Assembly: GCA_046081865.1 (NCBI GenBank)
Contig: JBJTWT010000041.1
Location: 1-49,079, forward strand
Length of the DNA stretch: 49,079 nt
Source of the DNA: Sphingomonadales bacterium
GTDB taxonomy: Bacteria > Bacteroidota > Bacteroidia > Chitinophagales > Chitinophagaceae
Direction of reading: 5' to 3'
Made by a program: the position numbers and the translations under genes. Under the pieces are notes generated by a model. That model had not been told where the DNA came from. It saw nothing but the letters and a program-made list of their open reading frames with translations, and ran no database searches. Positions 38,753 through 46,352 of this stretch are shown piece by piece. Each line of letters begins with the position of its first letter. Within the stretch, counting starts at the first letter, position 1.

Positions 38753-39626
38753 TCAGGTAAGTAACGCCGTTGATCACTACCACCGCCCTATTATCGCAAT
38801 CGCCATTACCATAGTTGATAACCCCTTGCCAACGTACGCCGCTGTTGGTATTCTCCCTTATGGTGCGTACAGTTCCCTTTACGATCCATCTGCAATTCAT
38901 CTTTTTGATTATGGGATCCAAAATGGTAGCATTCCAAAAAGTATTTGTGGTGTCTCTGCGCATTTGACCACGGGCAGAACCGGTGGTAGAATACGTGTCA
39001 TCCATGGCTACGTTAGGAGTAAGAGCGCCTTCTATCTGTGTGAGTACTTTTTCTCCATTCCATAGTGTAAAGTTTCCATTGCGACGAATCAATTTGCCAT
39101 TGATCACATTCGTCTGAAAGCGGGGACGAATGGGAAGCTCTGTGGTATTCTTGATCCTATAGGCACCTTCTATCTTTATGCTATCCTGATAAAAATTATC
39201 AAAAGAAGTTTCCACTACAGCGCCGGGTATCAAGAGGTGATTGGTGTAGATGTGAACGATCTTTCCTTTTCTGAATCTTCCATCGCGCCCCACGCAGCCC
39301 GCACCAAAATCGAGTACAACACGCACCGGAAAAGGAAGAGGAGGAAAAGTGCGAGTAATCGTCACCGTTGGACAGGCAGTCAGTCTTCCAAAAATGCCTG
39401 TTCCACCCATGGCAACATCTTGATTGACTCCCATGGCATCATTGAATAATCCATCATAGATGATCTCAGCCTCGGCATCCGACTCACTTACCGAGCGAGA
39501 GGCCAGTGCCTCTTTTTCTTCTGCCGGATCGGGGGTGTTGGCTTGTTGTTCCTTTTGACAAGAAACTATACTGACCATTATGGCAATGGCAACAAGGGTC
39601 GATAGTTGAAGAGCATTCCTTTTCAT
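38739..39626 (-). CDS. Hypothetical beta-rich lipoprotein
   Basis: MKRN signal with lipobox IVS-C followed by QKE. Contains CPTVT…LDFGAGC…GRFRKGKI and C.WIVKG…INYGNGDCDN. Start reassigned to ATG 39626. Confidence 0.75.
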   Translation of the reverse strand: MKRNALQLSTLVAIAIMVSIVSCQKEQQANTPDPAEEKEALASRSVSESDAEAEIIYDGLFNDAMGVNQDVAMGGTGIFGRLTACPTVTITRTFPPLPFPVRVVLDFGAGCVGRDGRFRKGKIVHIYTNHLLIPGAVVETSFDNFYQDSIKIEGAYRIKNTTELPIRPRFQTNVINGKLIRRNGNFTLWNGEKVLTQIEGALTPNVAMDDTYSTTGSARGQMRRDTTNTFWNATILDPIIKKMNCRWIVKGTVRTIRENTNSGVRWQGVINYGNGDCDNRAVVVINGVTYLITLP

Positions 39627-39728
39627 GGAGATGAGTTTTTGCCGGTTAAAGGTAGGTATAATAGACGGGTGCAAATATCCAAAGTTTAAAGAGTGGCTTT
39701 TTTTACGGAGTTTTGTAACCCTGTATTT

Positions 39729-40493
39729 ATGGTTTTGATTGATACTCATGCACATCTATATCTGTCTGATTTCGATCAGGACAGAGCCGCTATGCTGGAG
39801 TCTGCCCGTGGGGCAGGGGTAGAGCAGGTCTTGCTGCCAGCCATAGACTCCGAGACCCATGCCGCGCTGGTCGATATGGAACAGCAGTTTCCTTTTTGCA
39901 AGGCGATGATGGGAGTACACCCATGCTCTGTAAAAGCCGATTATCAAAACGAATTATCCATTGCCTGGGAGTGGTGGAGCCAACGAAATTTTATTGCGGT
40001 AGGAGAGATCGGGTTGGATTTTTATTGGGATAAGATTTTTATAGAGCAGCAGTATGATGCTTTTCGTATGCAAATAGAGTGGGCCCTGGAGAAAAAAGTG
40101 CCTATCGTGATACACTCTCGCAATGCTTGTTTAGAATGCGTAAAGATAATTAAGGAGTACAAGGGTAGGGGATTAACCGGGGTATTTCATTGTTTTTCGG
40201 GAAGCATAGAGGAGGCCCGAGAGATCATAAAGCTAGATTTCTATTTGGGTATTGGAGGAGTGCTCACCTATAAAAACGCCGGCCTGGGCGCAGTGCTGGC
40301 CGATGTTCCGCTTGAGCATATCATGTTAGAGACAGATGCTCCGTACCTGACTCCGGTCCCGTTTCGCGGTAAACGCAATGAATCTTCTTACCTATCATTG
40401 GTGGCAACCAAGCTTTCCGAAGTAAAGGGTATAAGCATAGAACAGGTTGCGCAGATAACAACTCACAATGCCAAGAGGTTATTCTCTCTTTAG
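39729..40493 (+). CDS. tatD: TatD-family hydrolase
   Basis: Motifs IDTHAH, GVHP, VGEIGLD, IHSR, FHCFSG and LETDAPYL. Confidence 0.92.
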   Translation: MVLIDTHAHLYLSDFDQDRAAMLESARGAGVEQVLLPAIDSETHAALVDMEQQFPFCKAMMGVHPCSVKADYQNELSIAWEWWSQRNFIAVGEIGLDFYWDKIFIEQQYDAFRMQIEWALEKKVPIVIHSRNACLECVKIIKEYKGRGLTGVFHCFSGSIEEAREIIKLDFYLGIGGVLTYKNAGLGAVLADVPLEHIMLETDAPYLTPVPFRGKRNESSYLSLVATKLSEVKGISIEQVAQITTHNAKRLFSL

Positions 40494-40608
40494 TATAACC
40501 GGTTACCGACTTCGGTGTGCACTTTACCTTAAAAAGTAATTTATCACGTCTTTTAGGACCAGAAACAGAAATACGATGAGCCCGACAAAAATTTCTTTGC
40601 GGTACTTT

Positions 40609-40866
40609 TTAATCATAGTGGTATCTGCATTTTGCAATTTGGATTTCGTCGTTCACAACCCTGTAAATTAATCTATGTTCCTCGTCTATCCTCCTTGACC
40701 AGAGGCCTGCATAATTAAACTTTAATGGTTCAGGTTTTCCAATGCCCTCGTATGGGTTACTAGAGATATCCTTCAATAGTTCGTTGATGCGTTTGAGTTT
40801 TTGTTGATCGTTCTTCTGCCAGTAAAGGTAGTCTTCCCACGAAAGTTCAGTAAATACAAACCTCAT
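40609..40866 (-). CDS. yoeB: Txe/YoeB-family toxin
   Basis: Motifs WEDYLYWQ, GIGKPEPLK, WSRRIDEEHRLIY and CRYHY. Confidence 0.95.
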   Translation of the reverse strand: MRFVFTELSWEDYLYWQKNDQQKLKRINELLKDISSNPYEGIGKPEPLKFNYAGLWSRRIDEEHRLIYRVVNDEIQIAKCRYHYD

Positions 40867-41117
40867 TTCTCTACTAATTGTTTGACCATCTTTTTACCGG
40901 ATCTGAGGGCTTCTATAGAGGCGTCAAGGCGCTGTTGATTAAGGCGAGAGGCCAATTCGTGTTGGGTGCTCTTTAAGGAGTTGTATTCCTCAAGGGACAT
41001 GATGACCACCCCAGTATCTTTACCGCGGTTAATGATTAGGGTTTCAAAGCATTGTGTCACCTTGTCGAGGTAGGATTTTATATCTTTTCTGAAGTCGGAC
41101 AATGTTGTAGTTAACAT
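40863..41117 (-). CDS. yefM: Phd/YefM-family antitoxin
   Basis: SDFRKDIKSYLDKV…LIINR…VIMSLEEYNS; 4-nt ATGA overlap with the toxin gene. Confidence 0.92.
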   Translation of the reverse strand: MLTTTLSDFRKDIKSYLDKVTQCFETLIINRGKDTGVVIMSLEEYNSLKSTQHELASRLNQQRLDASIEALRSGKKMVKQLVEK

Positions 41118-41155
41118 TATATGTACGTATTTATGTACAAATACAAGTACATATA
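41118..41155. promoter_or_regulatory. Putative YefM-YoeB autoregulatory operator
   Basis: GTAC cores start at 41123, 41135 and 41147. Outer inverted arms tatatgtac/gtacatata are centred on a TGTACA palindrome. Confidence 0.75.
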
Positions 41156-41170
41156 ATTATTGTAGAAAAT

Positions 41171-41203
41171 AAAAAAAGGATTATACCTAAATGTATAATC
41201 CTT
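41171..41203 (-). terminator. Rho-independent terminator of the BNR-repeat gene
   Basis: Perfect 11-bp stem aaggattatac-ctaaat-gtataatcctt. The upstream A-run gives a U-tract on the minus strand. Confidence 0.75.
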
Positions 41204-41222
41204 GGCTACGATTGTCAAGCCT

Positions 41223-44200
41223 TTATTCTATCGGTTTATATTCTTTGAACAGTGGCGGTCTGTTGGCTTCGGTATAATTTCTGTATGCGGTCCAGCTGCC
41301 AGTAAAGAATTCGTTGATCTCTTTAACTATCGCATTGACGGCTGTTTCGGCATTGGTGATCAGCTGAGCTTCGGCAGCACCGGGAACGGCGGCTTTTGCT
41401 GTAATGGCCTGTTGTGCACCGCGCAGTTGTGATAGTACCGTTACTAAAAACGGATTACGAGAAAGCCCTTGCTTTTCTTCGGTTGGCCCTGAGATCTTAT
41501 CTCTAATCTTTTTGATCTGGTCTTGAATATTCTTGGTAAGCTTGCTTAACGAATCGGTAGCTTTTTTATCGGCTCCTTTTAGTTGTGCGTTGACTTTATT
41601 ACAAACTTCTTCTGCCTCAGTTAGACGCTCCATGGCCGTGCTTAATTTATCGGCTGATTTTTGAATTTGCTCCAATGCTTTCTTTTGCGCTACTTTAATG
41701 TCGTTGGTATTTGTAAGACGCGGATCACCACTTACCGTTACCATCGTAGAGTCGCTTTGTGTTTTGTAGGTAAGCACCACTTTATATTGACCGGGTAACG
41801 CCGGCAATCCTCCCGGCTCCGATCCCCCTCGACTCATACCGAACTGGCCACCGCCTTCGCCGCCACCAGCGCCAGGCTGACGATAACCCTTTTCTTCCAT
41901 GCCCCAAAAACGACGATTAAATCCGCTGTCTACAGCCCAGCGAAGTGAGCGAATTTGTGTACCGGCCAGATCGAAGATCCTCACCGATACGGAGTCGTTA
42001 GCAGGTTTGGTAGAAGTAGTTGTTGCAGTTGCTGCGGCTATGGGGCGAATCAAAAACGAAATCGCGGCTCCTCTGTTTCTATTCTCACCCTCATAGATAC
42101 CCCATGTACTCCATTCATAGCCAGTAGCAGGACGATATTGCGCTTGCACAGCACTCGGGCTGTCAAACACCATCAAAGAGGAACTACTTGTGGTAGCTGT
42201 GCGAGCATTGGCCGCCAATTTGCGAAGAGGACGAATATCGTCGAGCACCCATAGTGAACGACCAAACGTGGCGATTGCCAAATCGGCTTCTCTCTCTTGA
42301 ATGGCCAGGTCGTAAGTAGATACAGAAGGATATCCATTTTTCCATTGCGCCCAGTTACTTCCGTTATCGATACTAACCCAGAGCCCATGTTCCGTTCCTG
42401 CAAATAATAGGGAAGGTTCTGCAGGATCTTGTATTACGCACAATGCATATCCCTTTACTTTGTTTTCGTCTACCAATCGCTTCCAGGTCTTTCCATAATC
42501 GGTAGTTCTAAAGATGTAGGGCTTACCATCCCCTCTGCGGTAATCATTGGCAACCACTAACGCTTCTGCCGCATTGTGCGGAGAGGCTACTACTTGTGGA
42601 ATCCAGCAGCCGGCCGGTAGCCCGGGAATCTTTCCCTGAAAACTGGTCCAGGTAGCACCGCCATCGCGCGTTAGTTGCACGTTACCATCATCAGTCCCGA
42701 TCCATAGCACTCCTTTTTCTTTTCTCGACGCAGCAATGCTAAGAATGGTGCAATGCGTTTCCGCTCCGGTAATGTCAAGCGTTAGTCCACCGGTATTCTG
42801 AAAGGCAGCGATCTTAGCACTATCATTGGTGGTTAGGTCTGGAGAGATCGTTTGCCAGCTAAGCCCTTTGTCGATGCTTTTGTGAACGAATTGACTACCA
42901 TAATAAATTGTTTTGGGATCAAAGGGGTCTTGCGCCATTGGAGAGTTCCAGTTAAAGCGTTGCAACAACTTTGGATCGAGTGTAGGAGGTTTGATGAACC
43001 AAGATTCTCCGGTCTTCCAATTTCTTTTGCCTAGTGAGCCACCCTGACTTTCGCTATATACCCAGCTGGCATCTTCCGTATCGGGCATCACATCAAAGCC
43101 ATCACCACCACCCACATTGTTCCAATAGTAGTTACGAATACCGCCATTGGTCCATGTGTAGGCCGGTCCGTGCCAGCTGCCATTGTCTTGCATACCCCCC
43201 ATAATGTTGTAGGGCATCTCGTTATCTACATTAACATGATAGAATTGTCCAACGGGAATTTTTTCGTCAAAGACCCAGGTCTTGCCTCTGTCGCGAGAAA
43301 TACCAATACCACCATCATTGCCTTCGATGATAAAATGGGGATCTTCCGGATGGATCCACCAGGCATGATGATCGGGGTGAATACCGGAGTAGGGGATCAG
43401 GGTGCTAAAGGACTTACCGCCATCTTCGCTCAGCGTGATGGTGGAGTGCACATCGTAAATGCGATTCTCATTTTTAGGATCTACATAGATCTCTTGATAA
43501 TAAAAGGGTCTGTCGGTTATTTGGGCCGGATCGCTGTTTACGAGTTTCCAGCTAAAGCCTCCGTCATCACTTTTATACAATCCATTTTTGGTGGCTTCAA
43601 TTTTTGCATATACCCTGCTAGGCATGCTTCTGGCAAAGGCCACTCCTATTCGTCCCAATGGATCGGCAGGAATACCCTCTTCTTTGCCTAATCTTTTCCA
43701 ATTCTTTCCTCCGTCGCTGGTAATGTAAAGACCACTCCCTGCTCCACCACTTTTAAGCTCCCAAGGTTTTCTTCGAAACTGCCACATGGCAGCAATGATC
43801 TTATTTGGATTGGATGGATCCATTACCATATCGGCACACCCGGTAGTATCGTTCACGTACAGAATCTTGCTCCAGGTCTCTCCGCCATCGGTCGTTTTAA
43901 AAACACCACGATCGGAATGCTCCGCATACGGGTTACCAATCGCACCCACGTAGACCGTTTTTGGATCGGTAGGATCTATGATTACCCGGTGAATGCAAAC
44001 TGTTTTATCCAGTCCCATTTTTTTCCAGCTGCGACCGCCATCGAGGGTGCGGTACAACCCGGCGCCAAGGTTGAGCGAGTTACGCGGATTACCCTCACCT
44101 GTTCCCACCCAAACTACTTGCGGATTGCTTTGCTGAATGGCAATGGCACCGATATTTTGCAGGGGTTGGTCATCAAAGACCGGAGTCCAGGAATGACCGG

Positions 44201-44417
44201 CATTCTCGGTTTTCCAGACCCCTCCCGAGGCAGCGCCAATATAAACGATGTTGGGGTTCGATACTACAGCATCCACTGCCGTAATACGGCCACTCATTCC
44301 GGCCGGTCCAATGTTGCGGGGTTTCCAATTTTTGAATTCGGCTGTGTTGAGGGGCTGGGCCCAGGCCATGCTAGTCAGTAGAACAAACAGGCAAAGCGAC
44401 AGAAAAAAAGGTTTCAA
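41223..44417 (-). CDS. Secreted BNR/Asp-box beta-propeller protein (VPS10/glycosyl hydrolase-like)
   Basis: Signal peptide with TTG start, RNIGPAGMSGRI, many S/TxDGGxxW Asp-boxes, HPDHHAWWI, GGMQDNGSW and a helical C-terminus. Confidence 0.85.
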   Translation of the reverse strand: MKPFFLSLCLFVLLTSMAWAQPLNTAEFKNWKPRNIGPAGMSGRITAVDAVVSNPNIVYIGAASGGVWKTENAGHSWTPVFDDQPLQNIGAIAIQQSNPQVVWVGTGEGNPRNSLNLGAGLYRTLDGGRSWKKMGLDKTVCIHRVIIDPTDPKTVYVGAIGNPYAEHSDRGVFKTTDGGETWSKILYVNDTTGCADMVMDPSNPNKIIAAMWQFRRKPWELKSGGAGSGLYITSDGGKNWKRLGKEEGIPADPLGRIGVAFARSMPSRVYAKIEATKNGLYKSDDGGFSWKLVNSDPAQITDRPFYYQEIYVDPKNENRIYDVHSTITLSEDGGKSFSTLIPYSGIHPDHHAWWIHPEDPHFIIEGNDGGIGISRDRGKTWVFDEKIPVGQFYHVNVDNEMPYNIMGGMQDNGSWHGPAYTWTNGGIRNYYWNNVGGGDGFDVMPDTEDASWVYSESQGGSLGKRNWKTGESWFIKPPTLDPKLLQRFNWNSPMAQDPFDPKTIYYGSQFVHKSIDKGLSWQTISPDLTTNDSAKIAAFQNTGGLTLDITGAETHCTILSIAASRKEKGVLWIGTDDGNVQLTRDGGATWTSFQGKIPGLPAGCWIPQVVASPHNAAEALVVANDYRRGDGKPYIFRTTDYGKTWKRLVDENKVKGYALCVIQDPAEPSLLFAGTEHGLWVSIDNGSNWAQWKNGYPSVSTYDLAIQEREADLAIATFGRSLWVLDDIRPLRKLAANARTATTSSSSLMVFDSPSAVQAQYRPATGYEWSTWGIYEGENRNRGAAISFLIRPIAAATATTTSTKPANDSVSVRIFDLAGTQIRSLRWAVDSGFNRRFWGMEEKGYRQPGAGGGEGGGQFGMSRGGSEPGGLPALPGQYKVVLTYKTQSDSTMVTVSGDPRLTNTNDIKVAQKKALEQIQKSADKLSTAMERLTEAEEVCNKVNAQLKGADKKATDSLSKLTKNIQDQIKKIRDKISGPTEEKQGLSRNPFLVTVLSQLRGAQQAITAKAAVPGAAEAQLITNAETAVNAIVKEINEFFTGSWTAYRNYTEANRPPLFKEYKPIE

Positions 44418-44511
44418 GTGGCAAAGATTTAGGCGACGAACTTACAAAAGAGAGGGCAGAATCGCTAACAATATTATCAGTCTTTTGTTATGGAATAAAA
44501 ATCAGGCAATC

Positions 44512-45297
44512 ATGTATACAGACCGGCTACGTTCAAGTATCGATCCGCTCCGCCAAGAGATAATTCAACATCCACTCTACCGCTCCATTAATAGTGTCGA
44601 AGCGCTCCGTGTGTACATGGAGCATCACGTATATGCGGTTTGGGATTTTATGTCGCTGCTAAAATCCTTGCAGCGCAAACTCACTTGCATTTCGCTTCCC
44701 TGGTTGCCGGTGGGTTCTGCCAATACCCGGTTTTTGATCAACGAGATAGTAGCCGGAGAAGAATCCGATGTAGATGCCGAGGGTAACCGCATCAGCCATT
44801 TTGAATTGTATTTGCAGGCCATGGAAAAAGCGGGTGCCGATACAACTTCTATACGTCAATTTATCGCGGCCCTTCAGCAAGGGCAGTCTGTGAGTCATGC
44901 GCTCAAAATAGCCCATGCACCACAGGCGGCTTGCCAATTTGTATTAAATACTTTTCAGTTGATCGAAGAAGATCAATCGCATGTGCTATCGGCTGTCTTT
45001 ACGTTCGGAAGAGAAGATCTGATTCCTGAGATGTTTCTTAGTCTTATCAATAAGATCGAAACTTCTATGGAGGCCGATATTGCTGTATTCAAATATTATG
45101 TAGAAAGACATATTGAGGTCGATGGTGGACATCACTCTCAATTAGCGCTGGAGATGACGAGTGAACTTTGTGGCGACGATCCTTATAAGTGGCAACAAGC
45201 ACAAGCTGCCGTTGAGCAGGCGCTTCGCTCTCGTATTCAGTTATGGAATGGGGCGTTGCAAGAGATGCAGACAGCGCCTTTCGCCTTGGTAAGTTGA
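44512..45297 (+). CDS. DUF3050-like protein (heme-oxygenase-like helical fold inferred)
   Basis: Motifs HPLY, MEHHVYAVWDFMSLLK, INEIVAGEESD, SHFELY, FTFGREDLIP and ERHIEVDGGHH. Start reassigned to ATG 44512. Confidence 0.82.
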   Translation: MYTDRLRSSIDPLRQEIIQHPLYRSINSVEALRVYMEHHVYAVWDFMSLLKSLQRKLTCISLPWLPVGSANTRFLINEIVAGEESDVDAEGNRISHFELYLQAMEKAGADTTSIRQFIAALQQGQSVSHALKIAHAPQAACQFVLNTFQLIEEDQSHVLSAVFTFGREDLIPEMFLSLINKIETSMEADIAVFKYYVERHIEVDGGHHSQLALEMTSELCGDDPYKWQQAQAAVEQALRSRIQLWNGALQEMQTAPFALVS

Positions 45298-45302
45298 TCC
45301 AA

Positions 45303-46169
45303 TTAATCGGTTACCCTACCGCCGGCGTTGATCCAGGTTGTAATGGCTTGCTTCTCTATGGCAGATAAAGGCGATTGAGGAGCTGGAGGCATAATGTTAC
45401 TAGTAGCATCTACGGCTCTGGCCTTAATTCTGTCTTTGGCAGAGACAATATTGCAATCACCATCAAGGTTGATACCCCCATTACCTCCGCTGGCACCATG
45501 ACAGCTAACACATTTGGCGACCACAATAGCTTTGACCGCCGTAAATAAGGGTCCAGCCAGTCGTTGCCCCACGGTAATAGAACCCTGGGTAGAAGTGCAT
45601 CCATTGGCATCTCGTACACCAATGGTATAAGTGCCCTGATTTAAATTCGAAAATAAATTGCTGCTCTGGAATTGCGTGGTGCTATTGATGCTATAGGTAT
45701 AGGGGCCGGTGCCTCCGTTTGCCGCAACGGCAATAGAGCCGCTAGCAGTTACACAGGGTGTGACACCGGTAACGGTGGGAGTAATATTGATAATTACACC
45801 CGTACAACCGCCCGTGGCAGTGAGCGTAAAACTTGCCGAGCCGGTACATCCGGCACTGCTCTTGGCGGTTACGCTGTAAGAGCCGGGGGCCAGATTAGCG
45901 AACTGTCCAGTTGCCTGAAAAGCCCCACCATTTAAACTATATGTAAACCCCGATGCGCCGCTAGCGGTCGCAATAATGTTGCCGTTACTTGCACCTCCGG
46001 TGGGATTGTTAGTAGTTCCGGTTACAGAAATGGTTACACCCGCACAAGGGTCATTAGGGGCGGGATCGCCTTTGGAACAACTTCCGATCAAAAGGGTAGT
46101 AGATAGAAACAAAATCAGATACGCGGCTGTGTGCTGCGTTGTCTTACAGGGGTTGAACGGTAGTTTCAT
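45303..46169 (-). CDS. Lipoprotein with two SprB-like repeats and a C-terminal c-type heme domain
   Basis: Lipobox IGS-C-SKGD. Two 'G.I...A.G....YTYS.....Q....F.NL..G.Y....K/RD..GCT' repeats. CVSCH at 45498-45512, then MPP…L…I..WI.AG. Confidence 0.78.
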   Translation of the reverse strand: MKLPFNPCKTTQHTAAYLILFLSTTLLIGSCSKGDPAPNDPCAGVTISVTGTTNNPTGGASNGNIIATASGASGFTYSLNGGAFQATGQFANLAPGSYSVTAKSSAGCTGSASFTLTATGGCTGVIINITPTVTGVTPCVTASGSIAVAANGGTGPYTYSINSTTQFQSSNLFSNLNQGTYTIGVRDANGCTSTQGSITVGQRLAGPLFTAVKAIVVAKCVSCHGASGGNGGINLDGDCNIVSAKDRIKARAVDATSNIMPPAPQSPLSAIEKQAITTWINAGGRVTD

Positions 46170-46352
46170 AGGTGTTAAATTAGTTTATTTTTTATTAATG
46201 GGAAGAGTGTTCAAATTTTGTGTTCGATAAACCGGAAGAAAATCTTTTATTAAGTAAAAATGCTTATAAATTTTTATTGCCATTGTTCAGAAACCAATCA
46301 GCCGAGTAGTTATCATTCTTTACCTTTATTAGTTACATCAACTCGTACAAAA

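Noticed and set aside
44248-44511. N-terminal extension of the DUF3050 ORF
   Set aside because: Overlaps the BNR gene antisense; family-like sequence begins at ATG 44512.
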